A stretch of 64,000 nucleotides of DNA from an uncultured Bacilli bacterium (lineage in GTDB: Bacteria; Bacillota_I; Bacilli_A; RF39; UBA660): contig CAKOXP010000003.1 of assembly GCA_934130175.1 (NCBI GenBank), forward strand, positions 27,494-91,493, in the 5' to 3' direction. This document shows positions 40,152 through 49,606 of the stretch, one piece after another. The notes beneath the pieces were generated by a model. That model saw nothing but the letters and a program-made list of their open reading frames with translations, made no database searches and was not told where the DNA came from. The first letter of the stretch is position 1, and each line of letters begins with the position of its first letter. The position numbers and the translations under genes were made by a program.

Positions 40152-41177
40152 ATGGCAAAACAAGTAGAAAAAGAAACAAACAAAGATAAGGCACTTGAAC
40201 AAGTTTTAAGTGATATTGAAAAACAATTTGGTAAGGGTTCAATTATGAAACTTGGAGATAACACTCACATGAAAGTGGATGTATGCTCTAGTGGATGTTT
40301 ATCTCTAGATATAGCATTAGGTGTTGGTGGTTATCCTAGGGGAAGAATTATTGAAATTTATGGTCCAGAATCAAGTGGTAAAACAACTTTTGCATTACAA
40401 GCAATAGCAGAACAACAAAAAGCAGGAGGTCGTGCTGCATTTATCGATGCAGAACATGCTTTAGATCCTGAATATGCAAAAAAATTAGGAGTAAATATAA
40501 ATGATTTATTACTAGCTCAACCAGATACAGGAGAACAAGCTCTAGAAATATGTGAGGCTTTAGTTCGTAGTGAAGCAGTTAGTATTGTAGTAATTGATTC
40601 AGTAGCAGCTTTAGTTCCACAAGCTGAAATTGATGGTGATATGGGAGATTCACATGTTGGACTACAAGCTCGATTAATGTCACAAGCATTAAGAAAATTA
40701 TCTGGTACAATTAATAAAACGAAAACAACTGCAATTTTCATTAATCAATTGAGAGAAAAGGTTGGAGTTATGTTTGGAAATCCAGAAACTACACCAGGTG
40801 GTAGAGCTTTAAAATTCTACTCTTCTGTTAGACTTGATATTAGAAGAAATGAACAATTAAAAATGGGTGATGGAGTAGTTGGAAATAAAACAACAGTTAA
40901 AGTAGTTAAGAATAAAGTGGCTCCACCATTTAAATCAGCAGTAGTTGATATTATGTATGGAGAAGGAGTTTCTCGTGAAGGTGAAATAATTGATTTAGGT
41001 TCAGAAGCTGGAATTATTCAAAAAACAGGAGCATGGTATTCATACAATGGTGAAAAACTTGGTCAAGGTAAAGAAAATGTTAAACTTCTTTTAAAAGACA
41101 ATAAGGAACTAAAAGAAGAGTTAGAAGCAAAGGTAAGAGAGTATTACGGAATTTCTTTAGATAGTGAAAACAAGTAA
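40152..41177 (+). CDS. recA: Recombinase RecA
   Basis: Walker [11 protein letters not shown]1/L2 loops and a canonical N-terminus ([24 protein letters not shown]). Confidence 0.95.
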   Translation: MAKQVEKETNKDKALEQVLSDIEKQFGKGSIMKLGDNTHMKVDVCSSGCLSLDIALGVGGYPRGRIIEIYGPESSGKTTFALQAIAEQQKAGGRAAFIDAEHALDPEYAKKLGVNINDLLLAQPDTGEQALEICEALVRSEAVSIVVIDSVAALVPQAEIDGDMGDSHVGLQARLMSQALRKLSGTINKTKTTAIFINQLREKVGVMFGNPETTPGGRALKFYSSVRLDIRRNEQLKMGDGVVGNKTTVKVVKNKVAPPFKSAVVDIMYGEGVSREGEIIDLGSEAGIIQKTGAWYSYNGEKLGQGKENVKLLLKDNKELKEELEAKVREYYGISLDSENK

Positions 41178-41217
41178 AAATTAATCTTGATTAATCATTT
41201 TAAGGAGATATTAAATA

Positions 41218-42015
41218 ATGGCGAATAATATATTTTGTGGAAAATGTGGAACAGAGAATTCTGAAAATAGTAAATATTGTTTTAGTTGCGGTGAAGAACT
41301 TCATAAAACAGTTGATGTTAACTATGAGATAAAAGGAGGAAATCTTCCCTTTGTAACTATTAAATTAAATCATGGTGATAGAGTTTTTTCTGAAAGTGGA
41401 TCAATGGCATGGAGAACAAATGACATAAAAATGGAAACAACTTCTAATGGTGGTGCCGAAAAAGTATTTTCTAGAATACTTACTCATGAAAGTTTATTTC
41501 AAAATATTTATACAGCAATGAAAGATAATCAAGAAATATCATTTGCATCTAGTTTTCCAGGAGCTATTCTATCAATAGATATTGAACCTGGAAAAGAAGT
41601 AATTTGTCAAAAATCAGCTTTTTTAGTTGGAACTTCAGGAGTTAATTTGTCAATTCACTTCAATAAAAAAATTGGTACTGGTCTATTTAATGGTGAAGGA
41701 TTCATCATGCAAAAAATTTCAGGAACTGGTAAGGTTTTTATAGAAATTGATGGAAGCATAGAAGAAAAAGTTTTAGCTAAAGATGAAAAAATAATAATTA
41801 GTAGTGGACATTTAGTTATGATGGATGCAACTTGTAGTATAGATGTGGAAACAATAAGTGGATTTAAAAATATTTTCTTCGGTGGAGAAGGCCTATTTAA
41901 TACTGTAATAACTGGTCCGGGTAGAGTTGTATTACAATCAATGCCGATAGGAAAGATGGCCAACACTATAAGTGGTTATTTGCCTGTACAATCATCTTCT
42001 TCAAATAGTAATTAA
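41218..42015 (+). CDS. AIM24/TIGR00266-family protein with N-terminal zinc ribbon
   Basis: N-terminal C-x2-C...C-x2-C (CGKCGTEN...CFSCGEE), then the Gly-rich beta-sandwich repeats typical of DUF124/AIM24 (GEGFIMQKISGTGKVFIEIDGSI..., GEGLFNTVITGPGRVVLQS). Confidence 0.55.
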   Translation: MANNIFCGKCGTENSENSKYCFSCGEELHKTVDVNYEIKGGNLPFVTIKLNHGDRVFSESGSMAWRTNDIKMETTSNGGAEKVFSRILTHESLFQNIYTAMKDNQEISFASSFPGAILSIDIEPGKEVICQKSAFLVGTSGVNLSIHFNKKIGTGLFNGEGFIMQKISGTGKVFIEIDGSIEEKVLAKDEKIIISSGHLVMMDATCSIDVETISGFKNIFFGGEGLFNTVITGPGRVVLQSMPIGKMANTISGYLPVQSSSSNSN

Positions 42016-42082
42016 TATTTAATATGAAATAAGAGCTAAATCAATTAGCTTTTTTTGCATACAATACTATGGAGGTTTTGTT

Positions 42083-43480
42083 ATGAAGTATTTAGATGAT
42101 TTATATAAAGGTGAAAAACATATTCCTATTAGAGATATAAAAACTGATTCTAGGAATATTGAATCAGGAGATTTATTTGTAGCAATAAAAGGTTTCAATG
42201 TTGACCATAGTGAATTTGTTGATGATGCAATTAAAGCAGGGTGTTCTGCTGTTGTTAGTGATAAACATCTGGAAAAAAGTGTTCCATGTATTAAAGTTGG
42301 TAATTTAAGTGAAGAATTAACAAGACTTTGTAAAGAATTTTACAATTATAATAATGATTTAGAATTAATTGGTATTACAGGAACAGATGGTAAAACAACA
42401 ACTGCAACAATTATTCACCAATTACTTTCCAATTTTACAAAGAATGCATATCTTGGTACCAATGGTATTTGCTATAATAATATAAAACAAAAAACTGAAA
42501 ATACAACTCCTAGTAAAGAATATCTGTATAAGTGTTTTTCTTCTTTAAGAGATGCTAATTGTAAAAGCGTTGTAATGGAAACATCTAGCGAAGCCCTACT
42601 TCATGATAGAGTAGATTCCTTTAAATTTAAGTATGCTATATATACAAATATTACGGAAGATCATTTAAACATTCATAAAACTTTAGAAAACTATATTAAT
42701 TCTAAATTAAAACTAATTAATTACTTAAATAAAGATGGAGTAATTATTTTAAATAGTGACGATGAGGTTTTAAAAGATATTGCTAGTAGTCATAAAATAT
42801 ATACATATGGTAAAAACAGTCAAGCAGATTTTCAGATACTTGATATTAATTTAGATCCTAAAACAACATTTAAAATAAAATATTTAAATAAAATTTATGA
42901 ACTTGAAAGTCCTTATCCTTTTGAATATAACATCTATAATTTAACAGTGGGATTCATAGTTTGTGTTTTAGAAGGATATAATGCAGAAGAAATTATTCGG
43001 TATATAAGAAAATTAAAGCCAATCTCTGGAAGAAGTGAAGAATTAAATTTTAAAACAGATTATCATATTATTTTAGACTATGCTCATACTTTAAATGGAA
43101 TTAAGAACTTAATTGAAAACGTTAAAAACTACCATAAAAGAGTAATAGTGGTTACGGGTTCTGCTGGTGGTAGAGAAAAAGAAAAAAGAAGTAAGATAGG
43201 TTCATATTTATTAGATAATGCCAATTTTGTTGTTTTCACAATGGATGATCCTAGATATGAAAAAGTTGATGATATTATTGATGATATGTTAAAAGATACA
43301 AACAAGAATAATTATACAAGGATAGTAGATCGAAAAGAAGCTATTAATTATGCCTTGAGTCATGCTAAAAAAGATGATTATATTTTAATTATTGGTAAAG
43401 GTAGAGATAATTATATGGCACTTGAAGATAAAAAAGTTCCTTATTCAGACTATGAAGTAATAAAATCATATTTTGACTAG
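42083..43480 (+). CDS. murE: UDP-N-acetylmuramoyl-L-alanyl-D-glutamate--L-lysine (or mDAP) ligase MurE
   Basis: Mur ligase ATP-binding site GITGTDGKTTT with N- and C-terminal Mur ligase domains. It is stand-alone (not in a dcw cluster), as in Lys-type cocci. Confidence 0.85.
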   Translation: MKYLDDLYKGEKHIPIRDIKTDSRNIESGDLFVAIKGFNVDHSEFVDDAIKAGCSAVVSDKHLEKSVPCIKVGNLSEELTRLCKEFYNYNNDLELIGITGTDGKTTTATIIHQLLSNFTKNAYLGTNGICYNNIKQKTENTTPSKEYLYKCFSSLRDANCKSVVMETSSEALLHDRVDSFKFKYAIYTNITEDHLNIHKTLENYINSKLKLINYLNKDGVIILNSDDEVLKDIASSHKIYTYGKNSQADFQILDINLDPKTTFKIKYLNKIYELESPYPFEYNIYNLTVGFIVCVLEGYNAEEIIRYIRKLKPISGRSEELNFKTDYHIILDYAHTLNGIKNLIENVKNYHKRVIVVTGSAGGREKEKRSKIGSYLLDNANFVVFTMDDPRYEKVDDIIDDMLKDTNKNNYTRIVDRKEAINYALSHAKKDDYILIIGKGRDNYMALEDKKVPYSDYEVIKSYFD

Positions 43481-43551
43481 TAGATCTTGTTGATAAATTG
43501 TAAAAATTTAACAAAAATGCTATAATACTACTCAATTAGGTGTGTGGTAAT

Positions 43552-46290
43552 ATGTTGAATGAGGAAAAAATATTGATATTGGATAAAGATGATAGAGATA
43601 TTACAGCCAAAGTAGTAGATTATACTTCTTCTAAGGTTATAGTTAAGTTTGGTAATAAGAGTTATCCGTATAAAATTTCAAATTTAAAAATAATATCAAA
43701 TCCAACAATACTCGATAATTGTATAATAAAAACACAAAATGTGACTCTTTCAAATGTTTCAAAAACGATTAAGTTTGATAATTATATAAAAGTTTTTTTT
43801 AGTAATGGAAAAAATAAGATTTATGAAGAATCAGAGTTGACTATGAAAAGAAATATGTTAAGTAGCTCTAGAATTTCAAATGTTTTTAACTATTTTAAAG
43901 AAATGGCATCTAATCTCCGAATAGAAGAAGTAAATCCTGAATTAACAGAACAAAAAAATGATTCCACATTCTTAAGTGGAATTTATGAAAAAATTGGGTT
44001 TATTCTTGAAGATTCAGTAGTAAATGAATATATTAATGGTTTGAACAATGTGAATAATTTCTTTAAAATTAATAATAACAAGATATTTCCATTTAGTTTT
44101 AATTTAAGTCAACAAAAAGCAGTAAAAAATGCTTTTTCAAATAAAATAAGTGTTATTGAAGGACCTCCTGGAACAGGAAAAACACAAACTATTTTAAATA
44201 TTATATCTAATGCTATAGTAAATAATAAAACAATAGCTGTCTTATCAAATAATAACAGTGCTACTGACAATGTATATGAAAAATTAGAGGATAAGAATTT
44301 GGGCTCTTTATGTGCTAAGTTAGGTAAAAAAGATAATATAAATAAATTTTTATTAGAACAGAATAACATAAAAAAATATCCAAGTAATTGGAGATTAAGT
44401 GATAAAGATATATCAGAAATTAAATTAAATCTATCATCTATGAATGAAGATATCGAATGGTATTTAAAAGAAAAAAATGAATTAGCTGTTTTAAAACAAG
44501 AATTGGCGGAATTAATTATAGAAGAAAAGTATTTTAAAAATAAAGATGATAATTTTAATTTAAAAAGTTTATTGTTGCCAGATTTTAATTCTTTGAAACT
44601 ACATAAATTTTTAATGTTCTTAAATGGACAAAAAAATAGTAAAGAATATTTTAGTAAGAAAGTACAATTATTATCATATATAAAGTTTAAATTTTTTAGT
44701 AAAAATTTCTATGAGAATAAAATTGAAATTATTTTGGATTCATTAGAAATGTTATATTATGAGAAAAGAATAAGTGAATTAAAGAAGATAATTGATGAAG
44801 AAGAAGAAAAGTTTAAATATTTGGACTTAGAAAAGAAATTTAAAGAATATACTGATAAATCGATGAAAATATTAAAAAATATTGTTTATAGAAATTATAA
44901 TAATAAGAAAATGTATGATACAAATACTATTAAAAATACAGAAAAATTAATAAAAGATTATCCTATAATTTTGAGCACTACATATTCTTTATTAAATTCT
45001 ATAGACCAAAGTTTTATGTTTGATTATATAATTATTGATGAATCTTCTCAGGCTGATTTGATTTCAACTTTCCCTGTTCTTACTAAAGCTAAAAATATAG
45101 TAATTGTGGGAGATTCAAAACAATTACCTAATATAGTAGATATCAATAAAAAAGATGATTATAACGAGATTTTTCAAAAGTATAATATCGATAAAAAATT
45201 TAATTATACTGAAAATAGTTTGCTAGATTCTATAAAAAAAGTTGATAATATTTTGGAACCTGTAATATTAAAAGAACACTATAGATGTCATCCTAAGATA
45301 ATTAATTTTTGTAATAAAAAATTTTACGATGATCAATTAATTATATTATCAGAAGCATCAAATAATGAACCAATAAAGAGATACAAATGTGTAAAAGGTA
45401 ACCATGCTAGGAAGAATAAGGGAAGTTGGTTTAATGATAGACAAGCAATAGTTATAGAAAATGAAATTATACCAAAAGAGAAAATAGATATATATAATGA
45501 TTCTGTTGGGATTATTACTCCATATAAGGAACAAAAGAAATATTTAAAAAATATTTTTAAATGTGATAATATAGCGATTGATACTGTACATGGTTTTCAA
45601 GGAAGAGAAAAAAGTACTATTATTTTTAGTACTGTCGCTAATGAAATAACTAAATTTTTGGATAATCCTAATTCTATAAATGTTGCTATATCTAGAGCTG
45701 TAGATAAATTATATCTTGTAACACCATATGAGTATAAATCTAAAGATAATTCAAATATATCTAATTTGATTAGTTATATTAATTACAATAATTTTGAAAC
45801 TGTTCAAAGTAAGGTAGTCTCTGTGTTTGATTTATTATATAAGGTAAATGAAAAAGAAAAAAATAATTATTTAAAGACACATACAATTTTTTCAAAGTTT
45901 GATTCTGAAACAATTATGTATAATACTATAAAAGGAATATTGAAAATGGATAATTATAAAACATATGATGTAAAAGATAGAGTATATCCATTAAGAAAAG
46001 TAGTTACAAATAGGGAAATACTAACTGAAGAAGAATTAAGATTTATTAGGTATAATTCTCATATAGACTTTCTCATATATAATAAATTTGATAAACAACC
46101 CGTATTAGCAATAGAAGTTGATGGTTATTATTTTCATAATAGAAAAGAACAGATTATAAGAGATAGAAAAAAAGATAGTATATTGCAAAAATGTAATATT
46201 CCAGTATTAAGACTTAGAACTAATGAATGTAAAGAACAAGAAAGAATAATAACAAAACTTAATGAAATAATTTTAGAAAAACAAAGTTAG
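43552..46290 (+). CDS. SF1 (DNA2/Upf1-like) helicase fused to a C-terminal DUF2726/PD-(D/E)XK nuclease-like domain, with a ~190 aa N-terminal domain of unknown function
   Basis: Walker A GPPGTGKTQT (about 44165), motif II IIIDESSQ, motif III VGDSKQLPN, motifs V/VI GFQGREKSTIIFS and ISRAVDKLYLV. The C-terminus DFLIYNKFDKQPVLAIEVDGYYFHN...RDRKKDSIL...IPVLRL matches the DUF2726/DUF559 restriction-endonuclease-like fold. Promoter TTGTAA-17-TGcTATAAT upstream; start moved to ATG 43552 (RBS GGTGTGTGG). Confidence 0.7.
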   Translation: MLNEEKILILDKDDRDITAKVVDYTSSKVIVKFGNKSYPYKISNLKIISNPTILDNCIIKTQNVTLSNVSKTIKFDNYIKVFFSNGKNKIYEESELTMKRNMLSSSRISNVFNYFKEMASNLRIEEVNPELTEQKNDSTFLSGIYEKIGFILEDSVVNEYINGLNNVNNFFKINNNKIFPFSFNLSQQKAVKNAFSNKISVIEGPPGTGKTQTILNIISNAIVNNKTIAVLSNNNSATDNVYEKLEDKNLGSLCAKLGKKDNINKFLLEQNNIKKYPSNWRLSDKDISEIKLNLSSMNEDIEWYLKEKNELAVLKQELAELIIEEKYFKNKDDNFNLKSLLLPDFNSLKLHKFLMFLNGQKNSKEYFSKKVQLLSYIKFKFFSKNFYENKIEIILDSLEMLYYEKRISELKKIIDEEEEKFKYLDLEKKFKEYTDKSMKILKNIVYRNYNNKKMYDTNTIKNTEKLIKDYPIILSTTYSLLNSIDQSFMFDYIIIDESSQADLISTFPVLTKAKNIVIVGDSKQLPNIVDINKKDDYNEIFQKYNIDKKFNYTENSLLDSIKKVDNILEPVILKEHYRCHPKIINFCNKKFYDDQLIILSEASNNEPIKRYKCVKGNHARKNKGSWFNDRQAIVIENEIIPKEKIDIYNDSVGIITPYKEQKKYLKNIFKCDNIAIDTVHGFQGREKSTIIFSTVANEITKFLDNPNSINVAISRAVDKLYLVTPYEYKSKDNSNISNLISYINYNNFETVQSKVVSVFDLLYKVNEKEKNNYLKTHTIFSKFDSETIMYNTIKGILKMDNYKTYDVKDRVYPLRKVVTNREILTEEELRFIRYNSHIDFLIYNKFDKQPVLAIEVDGYYFHNRKEQIIRDRKKDSILQKCNIPVLRLRTNECKEQERIITKLNEIILEKQS

Positions 46291-46570
46291 TATTTTGATA
46301 TATATAAATGTTATCAAGGCAATCTAACACACAAATGAAAAAAATAAAAAGTACTAAAAATTATTGAATTACTATCTTATGATTAATAAGAAATAGAATG
46401 AAAATGATACCATAAGATTTTATGAGGTGGCTTATGTTTAAAATTATGGAAAGAATACAAACAATAAAAATTAGTTACACTTTGTTTTTACATAGTTTGT
46501 AACCACCACGATATTGGTCTATAGAGAAGCTATACTAGATAAAAAGGTAAAATATAAACAATTAATATAA

Positions 46571-46583
46571 GAATAAATGTTCG
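46571..46583 (+). promoter_or_regulatory. Candidate LexA (Cheo) box upstream of the dinD-like gene
   Basis: GAATAAATGTTCG compared with the consensus CGAACRNRYGTTCG. The GAAT variant is the one in the B. subtilis recA box (CGAATATGCGTTCG). Lies 32 nt upstream of the start codon, overlapping the likely promoter. Confidence 0.4.
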
Positions 46584-46614
46584 GCATGGTATATAGTGAG
46601 GTGATTTAGTAAAA

Positions 46615-47445
46615 ATGAGTAATATGGAAGAATATAAAGAAGAAATCTTTGAAAGTATAAAACATCTTGATGGATTTGGAAATGAGTTTTGGGAAGCAAG
46701 AGAATTAATGCCTTTACTAGAATATAGTAAATGGGAAAATTTTCATAAAGTTATAAAACGTGCAAAGATTGCTTGTGAAACTAGTAATAACAAAGTTAGT
46801 GACCATTTTCCTGAGTTCAGGAAAATGGTTGACATAGGATCAAATACAAAAAGAGAAATTAATGATTATCATTTATCTAGGTATGCTTGTTATTTAATAG
46901 TTCAAAATGCAAATCCTAGAAAAAAATCAGTGGCTCTTGGGCAAACATATTTTGCAGTACAAACTAGAAAGCAAGAAATTACTGAGTTAGAATATTCAAG
47001 ATTAACTGAAGATGAAAAAAGATTATATACTAGGATTCTTGTTAATAACAAAAATAAATATTTATTTAAAACTGCTAGAGAAGCAGGCGTAGAAAATTTT
47101 GGCAAATTTAATAATTATGGATATAAAGGACTTTATAATGGAGAAACAGCTAAACAAATCGCAAAACGTAAAAATATAAAAGAAGATGAAGATATTCTTG
47201 ATTATATGGGTAGTGAGGAACTAGGTGCAAATTTATTCCGTATTACACAAACAGAAGCTAAACTAAAAAAAGATAATATAAATAATGAAGATGATGCTTG
47301 TTTAACTCATTACAATGTAGGTAAAACCGTTAGAAGAGCGATTGAAGAACTTGGGGGTAATATGCCAGAAACTTTACCAACTCCAGAAAAATCCATAAAG
47401 GAATTGGAAAAAGATGAATTACAAAAAATCGGAAATAATCAATAA
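46615..47445 (+). CDS. DNA damage-inducible protein D-like (Bro-N/KilA-N domain protein)
   Basis: The N-terminus IFESIKHLDGFGNEFWEARELMPLLEYSKWENF is Bro-N-like. Central YACYLIVQNANPRKKSVALGQTYFAVQTRK resembles DinD-family proteins. RBS GTGAGGTGA 10 nt before the ATG. Confidence 0.55.
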   Translation: MSNMEEYKEEIFESIKHLDGFGNEFWEARELMPLLEYSKWENFHKVIKRAKIACETSNNKVSDHFPEFRKMVDIGSNTKREINDYHLSRYACYLIVQNANPRKKSVALGQTYFAVQTRKQEITELEYSRLTEDEKRLYTRILVNNKNKYLFKTAREAGVENFGKFNNYGYKGLYNGETAKQIAKRKNIKEDEDILDYMGSEELGANLFRITQTEAKLKKDNINNEDDACLTHYNVGKTVRRAIEELGGNMPETLPTPEKSIKELEKDELQKIGNNQ

Positions 47446-47640
47446 ATATAATTAGTAATATATAAAAATTATTGAAATCAAATTTATATGGTACACTTTA
47501 ATTGGCTTTAGTCGTTATACAACAAGGAATAAGAGCAAAATTTAAAAGAGATAAATTTTGTTTGGCTTGACAATAAAAAAAAATAACTCTACAATAGAAT
47601 TAGATTATGATTAAAAAATTATATTCTAATGGAGGTATAT

Positions 47641-49194
47641 ATGAATGATATAGTATTCTCCATTTTACTTATAATAGTTGGATTAGCAGCAGGTATAGGT
47701 ATAACTTTTATAGTTAACTTATTTAAAGAAAACACAACTTCTAAAAAAATAGAAAAACTTCTTAATCAAGCTAAAAAAGATGCTGATAAATTAAAAAGAG
47801 ATGCAATTTTAGAACAAAAAGAAGAACAACATAGATTAAAAATGGAATTAGACAAGGAAATTAAAGAAAAAAAAGAAGAAATAAAAGATTCAGAAGCAAG
47901 ATTATTACAACGTGAAGCTAACATGGATAAACGTGATGAAATGTATCAAAAAAGAGAACTTGCTTTAGATGAAAGAGAGTCTAAATTAACAGAAAGTTTA
48001 GATGAAATCCAAAATGAAAAAAGTAAAGTGGAAGAAATCAAAAAAGAACAACTAGAACTACTAGAGAAAATCTCAGGATTTAGTAAAGAAAAAGCAAAAG
48101 ATTTAGTTATGAAACAAGTAAAAGAAAACATGACTAAGGAAATCTCTGAATATATCAGAGAACAAGAAAACGAAGCAAAATTAACAGCAGACAAAACAGC
48201 TAAAGAAATGATTGTTACATCAATGCAAAAATATGCAGCTGATATAGCTAGTGATCAAACTGTTACAGTTGTGGAATTACCTAATGATGAAATGAAGGGT
48301 AGAATCATTGGTCGTGAAGGTAGAAATATCCGTACAATTGAAGCAATTACTGGGGTTGATTTAATTATTGATGATACTCCTGAAGCTGTTGTATTATCAA
48401 GTTTTGACCCTCTAAGAAGAGAGATTGCTTATGTTACACTTCAAACTCTAATCAAAGATGGAAGAATCCATCCAACAAGAATTGAAGAGTTATATGATAA
48501 AGTTTGCAAGGATATGAAACAAAAGATTATTGAGTATGGAACTGATGCAACATTTGAACTTGGATTAACTAAGTTTGATCCGGAATTAATTGAAATAATT
48601 GGTAAACTTCATTTCAGAACTAGTTATGGTCAAAATGCATTACAACATTCAATTGAAGTTGCTAATCTTTCTGGATTAATTGCAGCTGAACTTGGAGAAA
48701 ACGTAATGCTTGCAAAACGTGCTGGATTACTACATGATATTGGAAAAGCAATCGATCATGAAATAGAAGGAAGCCATGTTGAAATTGGTGTGGATATAGC
48801 TAAGAAATTTAAAGAAGATGAAGTTGTTATTAATTCAATTGCATCTCATCATGGTGATACAAAAGCTGATAGTATTATCGCAGTCATAGTTGCTATTGCT
48901 GATGCTTTAAGTGCATCCCGCCCAGGAGCAAGAAATGACTCTTTAGAAAACTACATTAAACGACTTACTCAACTTGAAGAAGTTGGAAACAGCATTCCTG
49001 GAGTTGAAACATCATATGCAGTTCAAGCTGGTCGTGAACTAAGAGTTATTGTAAAACCAGAAGAAGTTGATGACCTACAAGCTCATAAAATTGCTAGAGA
49101 TGTAAAAGAAAAAATAGAGGAAACAATGAAATATCCTGGAACTGTAAAAATTACAGTAGTACGTGAAACTCGTGCTCAAGAAGAAGCTAAATAA
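47641..49194 (+). CDS. rny: Ribonuclease Y
   Basis: N-terminal TM helix, coiled coil, KH domain ([15 protein letters not shown]) and HD domain (LLHDIGKA...). Start ATG 47641 with the RBS AATGGAGG. Confidence 0.92.
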   Translation: MNDIVFSILLIIVGLAAGIGITFIVNLFKENTTSKKIEKLLNQAKKDADKLKRDAILEQKEEQHRLKMELDKEIKEKKEEIKDSEARLLQREANMDKRDEMYQKRELALDERESKLTESLDEIQNEKSKVEEIKKEQLELLEKISGFSKEKAKDLVMKQVKENMTKEISEYIREQENEAKLTADKTAKEMIVTSMQKYAADIASDQTVTVVELPNDEMKGRIIGREGRNIRTIEAITGVDLIIDDTPEAVVLSSFDPLRREIAYVTLQTLIKDGRIHPTRIEELYDKVCKDMKQKIIEYGTDATFELGLTKFDPELIEIIGKLHFRTSYGQNALQHSIEVANLSGLIAAELGENVMLAKRAGLLHDIGKAIDHEIEGSHVEIGVDIAKKFKEDEVVINSIASHHGDTKADSIIAVIVAIADALSASRPGARNDSLENYIKRLTQLEEVGNSIPGVETSYAVQAGRELRVIVKPEEVDDLQAHKIARDVKEKIEETMKYPGTVKITVVRETRAQEEAK

Positions 49195-49580
49195 TGGAAA
49201 AAGTTAGAGAGTTTTTGATAAGTAAAAAGTTATGTGATAATAACTTTTTCTTATACATTAATAATCATATAGAGTTTATTTCTCCTAAATTAATCGATTT
49301 TGCCGGTTGTTATCAATTGGGTGATAAAATGAAAACAAAGGTTCCAAGAATTATCAATGATTATACTAGAAGCATTGTAATTCATGAACTTGGCCATTTA
49401 TATGATTATTATCAGAGTGGAAAAATAATAGAAAACGAAGACACTTCTCTATTATGGGAATTATTATACTTAAGATGTTCGAGTAATGAAGAATTGTTAT
49501 TAAATAGAATTAACAAAATCAATCAGGATACTTCCAGTGTTTATTATAAAAGTTTACAAAAAATAAAAAAAAGAAGTTAA
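49194..49580 (+). CDS. Small HExxH zinc-metallopeptidase-motif protein, hypothetical
   Basis: 128 aa containing VIHELGHLYDY. Its ATG overlaps the rny stop (TAATGG), so the two are translationally coupled. It occupies the position of ymdB in B. subtilis. Confidence 0.45.
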   Translation: MEKVREFLISKKLCDNNFFLYINNHIEFISPKLIDFAGCYQLGDKMKTKVPRIINDYTRSIVIHELGHLYDYYQSGKIIENEDTSLLWELLYLRCSSNEELLLNRINKINQDTSSVYYKSLQKIKKRS

Positions 49581-49606
49581 ACTTCAGTTTGAACTTCTTT
49601 TTTTAT
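49571..49606. terminator. Bidirectional terminator overlapping the 3-prime ends of two convergent CDS
   Basis: AAGAAGTT-(13 nt)-AACTTCTT hairpin with T runs on both strands. The stop codons of the + gene (49578-49580) and of rnjA (49577-49579, minus) lie inside the 5-prime arm. Confidence 0.5.

Noticed and set aside
46291-46614. 324-bp intergenic region after the helicase gene: possible small ORF (MFKIMERIQTIKISYTLFLHSL, 46446-46514) and GGTGG...CCACC flanked segment
   Set aside because: There is no clear terminator or promoter architecture. The ORF is only 22 codons with a marginal RBS. It is more likely promoter/UTR sequence for the dinD-like gene. It could be revisited with conservation data.
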